A stretch of DNA of 64,000 nucleotides, taken from contig DATJNY010000019.1 in the NCBI GenBank assembly GCA_035507575.1, positions 17,681-81,680 on the forward strand. The letters run 5' to 3'. Below are positions 20,366 to 29,570 of this stretch, in pieces (the stretch's first letter is position 1; each line of letters starts with the position of its first letter). Under the pieces are notes generated by a model. It was not told where the DNA came from. It was given only the letters and a program-made list of their open reading frames with translations, and searched no databases. Source of the DNA: Thermoplasmata archaeon. GTDB taxonomy: Archaea; Thermoplasmatota; Thermoplasmata; Lutacidiplasmatales; UBA184. The translations under genes and the position numbers were made by a program.

Positions 20366-20464
20366 GAAGGGGTGGGATTTAATGGATGGTCGATGCGGCG
20401 TGCCGTCGTCGAAATGGTTGGCCGGGGTCGGGCGATTCCCGACCCCGGCTCGAAGCGTGCCGCG

Positions 20465-20719
20465 CTAGGCCGAAGCCCGTTCGGCGCTCGCCTCGGGGTC
20501 CGTCTCGCTCTCCCCGGGGGTGCCGAACCGTCGCAGGATGCCGGCCAGACGCGCCCGGAGGCCTCCGCCCTTGCGGGCGGGGACCGGCGGCGCTAGCTGG
20601 GCCAGGACCCAGCGGTAGTCCTCGCGCGGGAACTCGCGGGCCGCGAGCTCCCTAGCGTGGAATCCCCCGAGGAACGAGTCCGAGCCCTGACGTGCTTGGA
20701 CGATCTGCCACGTCTGCAT
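20465..20719 (-). CDS. Hypothetical small protein (84 aa)
   Basis: An ORF with an ATG start, followed on the minus strand by an AT-rich promoter-like spacer. No recognisable motif. Confidence 0.35.
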   Translation of the reverse strand: MQTWQIVQARQGSDSFLGGFHARELAAREFPREDYRWVLAQLAPPVPARKGGGLRARLAGILRRFGTPGESETDPEASAERASA

Positions 20720-20917
20720 GCTCTCCCTCCTCGGTCATGGTCGAGGCTACGACCCGCGGCCGGTATATGAAGGAACCTTTAGCGAGGAAAGAGAAAATCC
20801 ACTATAGACTATGGAAAATTCGCCCGGCCAACGTCATATAATCGAAAATCGACCCGTGTAGCGACTCGGGCTACAACGGGCCGGTTTTCTGGGGAAGGGG
20901 TTGCGCTCCTGTCCGCG

Positions 20918-21592
20918 CTACGGCGGGCTCGCGAGGTGCGCCCAGGCCGCGGTGAAGCCGTAGGAGACCGCGGCGATCCCGGCCAACACGACCGCGACGA
21001 GGAACAGCCCGACCAGGATCCGCCAGAGCCACGGGTAGTCCGGCACGTCCTTCGAGGGGAGGGGGGACGCCTTGGCGTTCGTCGGACCGACGATGAACCA
21101 GTCGATGAACAACGTTGCCGGGAACGCCAGGATCGCCACGCCGCCGAAGGCGAGGTACAGGAGGAACGTCTCGAGGGGGTCGAGGGTCAGGCTGAGCTGG
21201 TAGGCACGGGCGCCGTAGTAGATGATCCCGGATCCCGAGACGGCCGCGACGATGCCGACCAGGTGGGTCGGCAGGCCCTTCCAGACCATCACGCCGAAGC
21301 CGATGAGGACCAGCGCGAGCAGGAACAACGGGTCGAAGAAGAACAGGTCGTACGAGCCGAACTGCGGGGGGATCGGCCAGGTGATCTCGCCCCAGAGGGC
21401 GATGGCGCCGATCGCCACTCCGAGGAGGGCGAGGAATCCGGCGCCGCCTTGGAGGTGGCTCGTCGCCCGCTCGTGGTCCTGCCGGCGGTATTCGTACCAC
21501 ACGCAGAAGGCCGTGTAGAAGATCACGACAGTCACGAGGATCATCAGGTCCAGGATCAGGGTCAGGTCGTCGACGAACACCATTTTTCTCAC
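20918..21592 (-). CDS. Integral membrane protein (about 6 TM), DUF981-like
   Basis: Hydrophobic periodicity throughout. Two ATG candidates exist (21592 and 21583). Confidence 0.6.
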   Translation of the reverse strand: MRKMVFVDDLTLILDLMILVTVVIFYTAFCVWYEYRRQDHERATSHLQGGAGFLALLGVAIGAIALWGEITWPIPPQFGSYDLFFFDPLFLLALVLIGFGVMVWKGLPTHLVGIVAAVSGSGIIYYGARAYQLSLTLDPLETFLLYLAFGGVAILAFPATLFIDWFIVGPTNAKASPLPSKDVPDYPWLWRILVGLFLVAVVLAGIAAVSYGFTAAWAHLASPP

Positions 21593-21695
21593 TCCGTTGC
21601 TGCGGCTTCCGCCGCCTTAGTCGCTCGACCGAGGACGGGGGGATGAACCTCCCGTCAGGTACAGTTGACGGAGCTCGACCTCGACGCGCGGCGGA

Positions 21696-21715
21696 GGGAG
21701 GAGTGCTCCCGGCGG
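21696..21715. repeat. Direct repeat (att-like), gggaggagtgctcccggcgg; this is the distal partial copy of the tRNA 3' end
   Basis: A 20/20 nt match to 27760..27779 in the same orientation. The repeat covers the last 12 nt of the tRNA plus 8 nt of its 3' flank. Confidence 0.8.
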
Positions 21716-22587
21716 TTTGGGGACGGCGGCCGGGTGAAAGACCGGGGAAGGCGCGAGCCCAAGTGTCTCGGACTGTCCGAGTCGCGGCCCCCCGCCGAGA
21801 TCCCAGGCGAGTGTGGACGTGATTGTTTTGGCGCCACGTCTCCGCGAGCTCGGCGGAGGGAAGTCAGACGAAGGGACCGAGGATCGGCTCGCGAAACTTA
21901 ACCGGGAATCGGTCGATGCTCATCGGAGACGGTGTTCGTTCGAGGGGAGATAGCCATCGCCGTGGGGATGGTCATAGCTCGTTCTGTAGAGATGATTTCG
22001 TCTGTAGCCCCAAATGCCGGATCGGGAATCTTCGAACACAGTGAGCGCGAGTTAGACAAAACGCACGGGAACGTCATCCGGGCCACGCTGCCCGCCCTAG
22101 AGAATCGGCCAGCAAATCCAGACGACGCGCAGGCGATCTCTCGCGTCGATCCGATGCTCGACCTTGTCCACGCCAGCGCAGTGGGGGTCATCTTCCAACA
22201 TGTCATTATGGCACCGGCCGAAGTCGGTTCCTCTCTCCACAGCGGGAGGGTGCTTGAGGCGTCCGGTCCAACACTAGGTGGGGTCCGCGGTCGGCGCGGG
22301 ACCCGCGTTCACGACGCCCGAGCAAGCGCTTCGCGCTCAAAACGACGACGGAACGGACGCCTGGGGTCCGAATCGGACCGTTGCGGGCTCCCCTCGCCCG
22401 CTCCGCTCGCGGGTCCCCTCGCGTTTATGGCCATTCCTGCCGGTAACTCCACGTGCCTTGTCCACCCGAAGCGCCCGAGCGGGAACGCGAGGAGACTGAC
22501 AAGCTCCCACTCGCGTTCGACCTGCACCGGCAATCCGCTGACCGTGTCCGAACCGTGCGGAGTCTTCGAAAGGTGGTAGCACTCCTG

Positions 22588-23079
22588 ATGGGTCTCGTGA
22601 TTGCCCTCCTACTCTCGTTCGTGGCCATCGGAGTAGCACAGGGAGTTTTGGGGTTTCAGTGGGTGGTACTCGTGGTTGTCCTATCTTGCCTCTCCTTCCT
22701 GATCGGGGAGTTCACTCTCGTCATGTGGAAAACCAACCAAGGGGCTGTGGGAGTCGCAATTCTGACTGATGGCTTGGAGTTCGCATGGGCTTCCGGGAAG
22801 ACGGAGGTTCTCCCTTGGAACGGTATCTTTCGAGGGTTCACCTTGTTTGACGACAGCGGAGTGGATCTGATTCGCGCTCACAGTCCCAATCTCTGGGAAC
22901 TGCGGCGGTGGAATCGACCGATCACTTGCCTGTCCAATGATGCGTTCGAGGCGATCATACGCGCCGCCTCGAACCGTGGGGTTGTGGTCCATGAACTCAA
23001 ACTGAGGGCCGGCCTGTTCAGATGGACCCCATCCCGAGCCATCCGATTCTCTTCGCCCGGACCAGCCCCACCGGCGTGA
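22588..23079 (+). CDS. Membrane protein with two N-terminal TM helices plus a bacterial-PH (DUF304/YdbS-like) domain
   Basis: A TM hairpin (LVIALLLSFVAIGV... WVVLVVVLSCLSFLIG) is followed by a soluble domain. It is a paralog of the 28012..28683 protein (shared AIL(W)DGxxE..., DAFxxxR motifs). The start is taken at the internal Met preceding the TM helix. Confidence 0.55.
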   Translation: MGLVIALLLSFVAIGVAQGVLGFQWVVLVVVLSCLSFLIGEFTLVMWKTNQGAVGVAILTDGLEFAWASGKTEVLPWNGIFRGFTLFDDSGVDLIRAHSPNLWELRRWNRPITCLSNDAFEAIIRAASNRGVVVHELKLRAGLFRWTPSRAIRFSSPGPAPPA

Positions 23080-23377
23080 CTGCAACGCGGGTCCCTCCCG
23101 CGGCACAGCGGATTGCATCCCCATCTTTCCACAAGAAGAACCCCGATGAATACCTTCGAAGCTTTGCTATGATTCCGCTCCGCGACTGCCGATTCAGCGA
23201 CGCTTAACTAGCGAGAGGCACGTCCCCCTTCGAATCCCAACACAGCATATGTTTGCGCACGAGGAGTGCTCAGTCCTAGTCGGACCGGGTACTCTCGTGG
23301 ACCGGTGCGACACGTGCGGTCCCAGGGCGGGGTTGCGTTCGATCGTTGTCGTGCCTCGCTCGCCAGCCGAGTTGAGG

Positions 23378-25381
23378 ATGGAGAGGAGGACATCGGAGTC
23401 CTCTTCACCCTCGGCGGCAGGTCCGACCGAATCGAGTGGAATTGGGTTAAGGCGCAGTCGTAAACGACATCGATCGACACTGTTTCCGATTCTTGTCGCC
23501 CTAGTTATGGTTCTCGGCGGTCTCCTTTACCAAGCTTCCTCTGCCCTGGAACACTTCGAACCATCGGTGCCAAGTGCCGTCCCGGAAGACACTCCGACGC
23601 TTAGTGTTGGTCAGGCGAACCTGGGGGCCGCTCCAATCGGATCCGGTTCGATTCCCGCTTCGACCGCCGCCAGTCGACCTCCTGCTCAGAACATGACCGC
23701 GCGCGACAATTATTGTGAGTACGACTATAGCTATCTCTGTCACGTCTACGTCGGAGATGACTACTCCGGCGAATCTACCACGGTCACGTCTGTCCAGTTC
23801 ACCATGACCATCCCTAACGGGACCCCCGTTGGGTTCGGTGATGAATACTATCTCGAGTTGATGTCAATCTGGGACCAAAAAGATTCCTACGATCAGATAG
23901 GTGTCGCCGACGCTCAAGGGGGCGATTATCCCGGTAACCCTTCTTCGTACTACGGAAGTTGGACAGTATTCTACTCTGCGGGCGAGCACTGCTTTAACGG
24001 AACGCCCGTGTGGAATCCTATCGCGACATCGCTGACACCCGATGACCAATACACGTTCCAAATGTCAGCTCAATCCAGCGGTTACGTGGACTTCGCCGTG
24101 TACTATGGGGCATCGACATCTTCGCTCGATTGGTCGACCTCGGTCGATACCGGTGCGACTTACTTCTACGAGTCCTCCGCGGCACCGAGCTGTTGGGGGG
24201 GATCAGACGAGGGTTTCACGGACTACGAAGAGATGTTGAGTGTTGGGGGAACTGCGCAGCCAGAATGGAACTTCTTCTTCGACAAAAACGAGGCCAACGG
24301 CGTGTCTGTCACCACCTGGAGCACGGTCGCGCCTGACTGCTCGTGGACCGGCGCCTCGCCTCCCGGATATAAACAGTGCATGTCATTGGGCCTGCCCGCG
24401 GTCTGGCCCAATCTAATGGCCTACTCTTCGAACTCGGGGAGCGTTGTCTCGATTTGGAATGAGTGGTTCGTGAACAACCCTGCTCCCACAGTCTGTGTCC
24501 CAAACGAGGGATGGTGTCAGGTTACGATAGCGCGTGGCTCTGACACGGTGCTTTCCGGGACTGTTACTGATGCTTCCCCCTGCAGTCCGGGACCGGGCGG
24601 TGAGTATTCCGCGTTGTGCTCGACCGACATCGACGAGTTCGAGATCATTCAGTTCCCGACGGCACCCACGACTGCCGCGGACTGTTTCGGTTGGGGAGAC
24701 GGTGAGGACTGCTTGTGCCCCACGTCATCGAGCGGCTGGACATGTAGTTTCACCGGGAGCCAGATTGAAAATCCTTCGACGTACCCTCCTCAAAGCGATG
24801 ACGTGGTTCCTGTCTCATACAGTCTCAAGATTAGCGTTCCGTCCTCTGCAGCTTGCGCTGAGAACCTGATTCGGTTGAACGTCACGGACGGAAGTGAACC
24901 CGGGGGATATGCTTGGGGCACCTTCGATTTTGATGTTTACGTCACGGGGTGTAGCGGCGGGGGCGGATGCGTCGCGTCGGGGACGCCGATACTGACGCCG
25001 GAGGGATACCGGCCGGTGCAGGATCTGACCGCTGGGGAGGAAATTGAGGAGTACGACTTCCTTACTCAGAGCCTGACTCGCGGAGCTTTCGTCTCAGGGA
25101 ACTCAACTGGAGTTTCGGAGCTGGTGGACATCAACCATGGCCGGCTCTTGCTGACTCCAACCGAGCAACCAATCTACATCGAGAACGAGACCTTCGTCGG
25201 ATGGCTGCACGATCCCCAAAATCTTACAGTCGGCGACAAGATTTTTGACCCAGTGAATGGCGGCTGGATACCGGTGACGAGCGTCGTCCTTGTTGATCAA
25301 AAGGCCACGGTCTACGATGTGGTAACGAGTGGTTTCAATAATTTCGTCGCTAACGGAGTGTTGCTGGACATCAAGGGCTAG
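23378..25381 (+). CDS. Membrane-anchored extracellular Ser/Thr/Cys-rich glycoprotein with a C-terminal Hint (hedgehog/intein-like) domain
   Basis: N-terminal signal-anchor (LFPILVALVMVLGGLLY), many N-X-S/T sequons and many Cys. The last 137 aa begin at Cys 24968 (GGGGCVASGTPILTPEGY...VYDVVTSGFNNFVANGVLL) and match the Hint fold pattern. The central beta-rich region may be thermopsin/eqolisin-like, but that is unconfirmed. Confidence 0.65.
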   Translation: MERRTSESSSPSAAGPTESSGIGLRRSRKRHRSTLFPILVALVMVLGGLLYQASSALEHFEPSVPSAVPEDTPTLSVGQANLGAAPIGSGSIPASTAASRPPAQNMTARDNYCEYDYSYLCHVYVGDDYSGESTTVTSVQFTMTIPNGTPVGFGDEYYLELMSIWDQKDSYDQIGVADAQGGDYPGNPSSYYGSWTVFYSAGEHCFNGTPVWNPIATSLTPDDQYTFQMSAQSSGYVDFAVYYGASTSSLDWSTSVDTGATYFYESSAAPSCWGGSDEGFTDYEEMLSVGGTAQPEWNFFFDKNEANGVSVTTWSTVAPDCSWTGASPPGYKQCMSLGLPAVWPNLMAYSSNSGSVVSIWNEWFVNNPAPTVCVPNEGWCQVTIARGSDTVLSGTVTDASPCSPGPGGEYSALCSTDIDEFEIIQFPTAPTTAADCFGWGDGEDCLCPTSSSGWTCSFTGSQIENPSTYPPQSDDVVPVSYSLKISVPSSAACAENLIRLNVTDGSEPGGYAWGTFDFDVYVTGCSGGGGCVASGTPILTPEGYRPVQDLTAGEEIEEYDFLTQSLTRGAFVSGNSTGVSELVDINHGRLLLTPTEQPIYIENETFVGWLHDPQNLTVGDKIFDPVNGGWIPVTSVVLVDQKATVYDVVTSGFNNFVANGVLLDIKG

Positions 25382-25630
25382 AGGCAGGTCGCGTTTTCAC
25401 CTCAAACCTACCATCTTAAGGCGAGTTGGCGACGAGGGTCTGACGCGTTGGGCGCTTAGGTAAAAATGAATCGCCTTCCGGCAGGCCCAGCAAGGCTGAA
25501 TCTTCGATAGACCTAGCGACACGCCAGACATGCGATGGTTACCTCACGCTTGGCAGACCCCGCGCCGAAGCCTATCCATTCATCTCAACCGTCGTCGCGA
25601 GTGATTAGTCGGGGTGAAGCCGACTAGAGG

Positions 25631-27088
25631 CTATCCCCCCGGAATATCTCGTCCTACCGGAGGACTCGCTCCGTCTATGCGACCACGTCGCCACTGAAGG
25701 AGAACCGCCACCCCCGCGATCACCACGCCCGTCGAGATTCCAGGAATCAGAACCAGTTCCAGATACCAAGAGGAAGGAGCTGACTCAGCTCCACTTCCAG
25801 GAAGACCACCCGCGATCACGCTCACGGTGTTCGCATTGAAATCGGGGACGTAGAGGTTCCCGTTCGAGGGGTCGAATGCAGGAGCCAGAGGACTGGAAAG
25901 GACCGAGATTGTCGAAGTCACAGTGTTGGTGTCCCCTGAGATTACGCTCACGGTACCCGAGCTTGAGTTGTCGTTCGAGATGTAGATGTTCCCGTTATCA
26001 GGGTCGTAGACGGGGGACTGCGGGAGCGTCCCTACCGTTACTACTGCGACAACTGAGTTGTTAGACCCAGAGATGACGGTAACGGTACCGCTGGCGAACC
26101 CCCCCGACTGGGACGCTACGTACAGGTCTCCATTGGAGGGATCATAGGTCGGGATACCCGGCGCGGTAGCTCCAAGCGGAATCGTCGCAATGACGGTGTT
26201 CGTCGCCCCAGAGATTACGCTCAAGTGGTTGGTCTGTCCCGAGGTTTCTGCAACCGCCGGAACATAAAGATCGCCATCCCCGCTGTCGTAGGCCGGGGTA
26301 TCGGGAGACCCGCCCACCGGAACTGTGGCGATGATCGTGTTCGATGTCGCCGAGATCACGCTGACGTCATCGTCGTCCATATTCGGCACGTAGAGGTCGC
26401 TGTTGGCGGCGTCATAGGTCGGAGTATCTGGGAAGGCGCCGACGGCGATGGTTGAGATCACCGTGTTCGATGATCCAGAGATCACGCTCAAGTGACCGTC
26501 CTCCTGCGGGGTAACGGCACTCACGGGAACATACAGGTCTTCGTTCCTGCTGACGTAGGTGGGTAGTAGAGGGTATCCACCAACCGGAATCGTGCCCGTG
26601 ACAAGTTCTGTTGTGCCGGAGACGACCGTGACGTTCTCCGAAACCGATAGGGGGGAGATTGCGTACAGATCACCGTTGCCGCCATCGTAAACGACTCCCC
26701 CGGGCGGCCGAAGCAGCGAGATTGTGGCGACAACAGTGTCCGTCGAGCCAGAAATCACGCTGAGGCGCATGGCCCCTACTGTAGGAACGTACACGTTCCC
26801 GTTCGCCCTGTCAAAGACAGGGGCCTCTGGATTAGCTCCCACCGTGACATTCGCGATTACGGTGTTGACACTCGTCGACTCAGAGACGTCCGATTCCATC
26901 GCCAACTTCCGAAAATCTGCGGCATGCCCTGGGGCGGTGTCGACTTGGCGCTGAGGTTGAAGGGGCGCAAGTGGCAGCTGGGCATCCGAGCCCACTCTCT
27001 GTACGTTGAATAGAGGCATGCCCCATGGAACAAGGCCGGCCAAGCATAGTATCGCGGCAACTACGGCGACCGGCAAGAACCGAGTCAT
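25631..27088 (-). CDS. YVTN-family beta-propeller repeat surface protein with signal peptide and C-terminal TM anchor
   Basis: About ten 40-residue repeats, each containing LYV(P/A) ... VSVISG..N.V..TI.VG. There is an N-terminal signal (MTRFLPVAVVAAILCLAG) and a C-terminal TM (GVVIAGVAVLL) with a basic tail. Confidence 0.75.
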   Translation of the reverse strand: MTRFLPVAVVAAILCLAGLVPWGMPLFNVQRVGSDAQLPLAPLQPQRQVDTAPGHAADFRKLAMESDVSESTSVNTVIANVTVGANPEAPVFDRANGNVYVPTVGAMRLSVISGSTDTVVATISLLRPPGGVVYDGGNGDLYAISPLSVSENVTVVSGTTELVTGTIPVGGYPLLPTYVSRNEDLYVPVSAVTPQEDGHLSVISGSSNTVISTIAVGAFPDTPTYDAANSDLYVPNMDDDDVSVISATSNTIIATVPVGGSPDTPAYDSGDGDLYVPAVAETSGQTNHLSVISGATNTVIATIPLGATAPGIPTYDPSNGDLYVASQSGGFASGTVTVISGSNNSVVAVVTVGTLPQSPVYDPDNGNIYISNDNSSSGTVSVISGDTNTVTSTISVLSSPLAPAFDPSNGNLYVPDFNANTVSVIAGGLPGSGAESAPSSWYLELVLIPGISTGVVIAGVAVLLQWRRGRIDGASPPVGRDIPGG

Positions 27089-27759
27089 GCGCGCGTTTAG
27101 GAAGAGCATAGAGCCACTTATCAACCATGAGTACCCGCCACATGCACCGTGCCAAAAAACCTGTGTTATGACCCGCGTCTATCGACAGCCGGACCGGCCG
27201 CTTCCGGCAGGAACCGTCATTTTCGCGGAGGGGTCCGCAAGTCCTGTCCTAATCATGAACCACCGTCGAAGGAGGTCTCGCAGCTAGGTCCCCTCTTGGA
27301 CCGGTTTCAATCGATGCTGGGCTAAGAGTGGAGTCGGTTCGGAAGTTCGATCCGGCACACTCGTGCGTATGCTTGTTCGGCGGTACGGGTACCATCGCGC
27401 GAAGGTCGTAGGCACGCGTCTTGAAGATCCCAGTCCCGACGCGTCAGCCCCTCACTTTCAGAGCGGTGAGGGCCATTCCGATTCGCCGCTCACTCTGGTA
27501 GTTGCTCCCCGCGTCCGGGGGCGGCGAGCAACTGGGCAGATGTGACCTGGTCTCGGCCGGAAACGGTAAGCACGAGGGCCTCTCCACGAACCGCCTCGAC
27601 TCTCGGCTCTGTCCCCGCGGAGTGATGAACCACGGACTTTGACACGGCGGACTCGATAGCACCTTGTGCGCTGTACTGCGCGCCGAGGAACAGCCAGACC
27701 GTGGGACCAGGAATCAAACATGGGCTGAATCTCACGAGATCGGCCCGTCGGGGCTGGAC

Positions 27760-27779
27760 GGGAGGAGTGCTCCCGGCGG
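27760..27779. repeat. Direct repeat (att-like), the proximal copy overlapping the tRNA 3' end
   Basis: Identical 20-mer to 21696..21715. Confidence 0.8.
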
Positions 27780-27867
27780 GATTCGAACCCACGTTGGAGG
27801 GTTTCCCCGGCCCCGTTCGGGGGGCCACGAAGGCCCTCTATCCTTGACCGGACTAGACTACGGGAGC
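27768..27867 (-). tRNA. tRNA gene with a predicted 25-nt intron in the anticodon loop; identity uncertain (hand fold suggests anticodon UUC, Glu); CCA not encoded
   Basis: Acceptor stem GCUCCCG/CGGGAGC, U8-A9, D-arm AGUCCGGUCAA loop and T-arm GUGGG-UUCGAAU-CCCGC are all recognisable. A 100-nt span instead of about 75 implies an intron. A BHB-like fold (CCUU/GGGG helix flanked by 3-nt bulges) gives a spliced loop of CCUUCGA. Confidence 0.8.
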
Positions 27868-28011
27868 ACCGACCGAGCGAGGCGCGGACTCCCTTGAAAG
27901 TTCCCCCAGTCGCGGGGCGCGGCCCGGCCCCCCGGCGAGGGGAGTTCCGCGCCCCATCCCCGATTACCTTCGAAGTCTACGGGAAGTTCAGGGGGAGGAC
28001 GGTTACCCCCG

Positions 28012-28683
28012 GTGCTCCATCGGGCACGGGGGGAACAGCGTATCCCGGCGTCGTCGTCGAAGCCGGACCCGGAGGAGGGGGGGATCTCCATCGCCCGGGA
28101 GGGGGCCGGTGCCGAGTTCCTTCGCCGACGGATCGAGCGGCCACCGAGGATCGGGCTCTACGTGCTGCTGGGACTCGGGGCGATGACGCTGGGAACCGGG
28201 GCGATCGCCTGGCTGCTCGCGCCGACCTCGCTCGCGATCGGTCTGGGCGCGTTGGGCACCGTGCTGATGACGCTCGGGTACGTGCAGCATCGGCTGTACC
28301 GTCGCGATCTCGCGCATTGGCCGGACCGGGCGGTCCTCTGGGACGGGGGAATCGAACTCGTGCTGCACAACGGGGAGGTTCGAGGGGTCTCCTGGACGGA
28401 CCCCGATCTCGCGATCGACCTGGTCGCGCGCCCGGCGCCCGCCCCGGCGGGGCGCGAATTCCTCCTCGTCTGGATGACGGAAGGGAAGATCCCCTCCGTG
28501 GAGATCACCGAGGATGCATTCGATCGTCTCCGCGGCGTCGCGGTGCGGCACGAGCTCGCCGTCACGTCGCGGCGGCACGGGCGGACCGGCACCGAACGTG
28601 AGACGGTGGAGATCCGCCAAAGCCCGGCCCGACAACTGGGCTCGCCCTCCGCGATCGAACGGACGGAGCCCAGCCCTCGGTGA
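28012..28683 (+). CDS. Membrane protein with two TM helices plus a bacterial-PH (DUF304-like) domain; paralog of the island gene 22588..23079
   Basis: TM hairpin (IGLYVLLGLGAMTLGTGAIAWLLA.../ LAIGLGALGTVLMTLGYV) followed by a soluble domain similar to the island copy. Start is ATG 28012, or possibly later. Confidence 0.55.
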   Translation: MLHRARGEQRIPASSSKPDPEEGGISIAREGAGAEFLRRRIERPPRIGLYVLLGLGAMTLGTGAIAWLLAPTSLAIGLGALGTVLMTLGYVQHRLYRRDLAHWPDRAVLWDGGIELVLHNGEVRGVSWTDPDLAIDLVARPAPAPAGREFLLVWMTEGKIPSVEITEDAFDRLRGVAVRHELAVTSRRHGRTGTERETVEIRQSPARQLGSPSAIERTEPSPR

Positions 28684-28697
28684 ACCCGGCGGGGACG

Positions 28698-29147
28698 CTA
28701 CGGGGCCGCGGGCGGGCCGACGACCAGGGTGATGTTCAACACGCCCGAGTAACCGCTCGTCGGAGCCTGGATCGTGAGGTTCGTGTACTGAACGGGCTCG
28801 TTCACGATCGTGACGGCGACCAGTGAGAACGGTGCGGCCACGCTCGCGCCCTTGAAATTGTAGCAGAACAGCTCGCACGTCTCGGTCAGCGCGAACTTCT
28901 GCCCCGCGTGCACGGTGAACCCCGCGCTCGTGGCGGCGAGCGATCCGGCGGCATACCAGGTGACGGACGTGATGTCGACGGTCGGCGGCGGGCTGGCGAT
29001 CGCGTAGGCGTCCGCCGCCACCAGAGCGAGGAGGACGACGGCCGCGACTCCGATCGCGAGCTGGATCCAGCGGATCCGGAGCCTGGGAAGACGACCGAGC
29101 CCGGCCTGGTCGTAGCCCCCGTAGAACGTCGCCACGGCATCGTGCAT
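28698..29147 (-). CDS. Hypothetical membrane-anchored extracellular protein (149 aa)
   Basis: N-terminal TM (IQLAIGVAAVVLLALVAADAY) then a beta-rich ectodomain with N-X-T sequons. Confidence 0.45.
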   Translation of the reverse strand: MHDAVATFYGGYDQAGLGRLPRLRIRWIQLAIGVAAVVLLALVAADAYAIASPPPTVDITSVTWYAAGSLAATSAGFTVHAGQKFALTETCELFCYNFKGASVAAPFSLVAVTIVNEPVQYTNLTIQAPTSGYSGVLNITLVVGPPAAP

Positions 29148-29570
29148 CGGTCGGGGTCACGCCGAAGCCAGTTCCGCTCGGACCGGGTCGAATGGCGTGG
29201 GATTCCTGCCCCCCTCAGGACGTGGTGGTCGCGGAATGGATCCCGCTCGATGAAAGACGGTCGCTCCTCGTACTTGAGGACGGCCTTCGACTACCGAAAA
29301 CACGGAAACTACGAAGGAGTCGGCGCCCCTTACGGATCTCGAGGTGGAGCACGCTCCGCCCCGGCTCCCCCGGTGACGCGATCGAGCGGGAATCCCCCCG
29401 CGAACGATTCTCGGATCGGGCCCCTTCCGCCGCAAAGGCTGTTCGGGCGAGACGGCCTCGAGGGACCGGAGTCCCCGGACGTCGACCGTCTCCTCGAACA
29501 CCGTCGCGGGAGTCCCAACGCCGGATGTCGAAGGGCGGGGGAGCCCCTACCTCGGCCGGTCGCAGCGGGG

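Larger units (their letters stand above)
21696..27779. mobile_element. Integrated genomic island (about 6.1 kb) at the tRNA 3' end, lower GC than its surroundings, no intact integrase
   Basis: It is bounded by the 20-bp direct repeats. GC is visibly reduced, with many AT-rich stretches. The cargo is surface and membrane proteins. About 0.9 kb at the left end and about 0.65 kb at the right end have no convincing ORFs and may be decayed recombinase sequence. Confidence 0.65.

Noticed and set aside
21716-22587. Candidate integrase remnants at the island ends (ORFs 21665..21901+, 21932..22579+, 27490..27828-)
   Set aside because: None shows tyrosine- or serine-recombinase catalytic motifs (R...HxxR...Y, or an S-R pair). 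They are mentioned only as possible decayed sequence, not annotated as genes.
24950-25381. Classical intein
   Set aside because: The Hint domain is at the extreme C-terminus with no downstream extein and no terminal His-Asn, so it is not a splicing intein.
27894-28601. 235-aa Arg-rich ORF overlapping the bPH membrane protein gene
   Set aside because: It is an alternative frame of 28012..28683 and a composition artefact.
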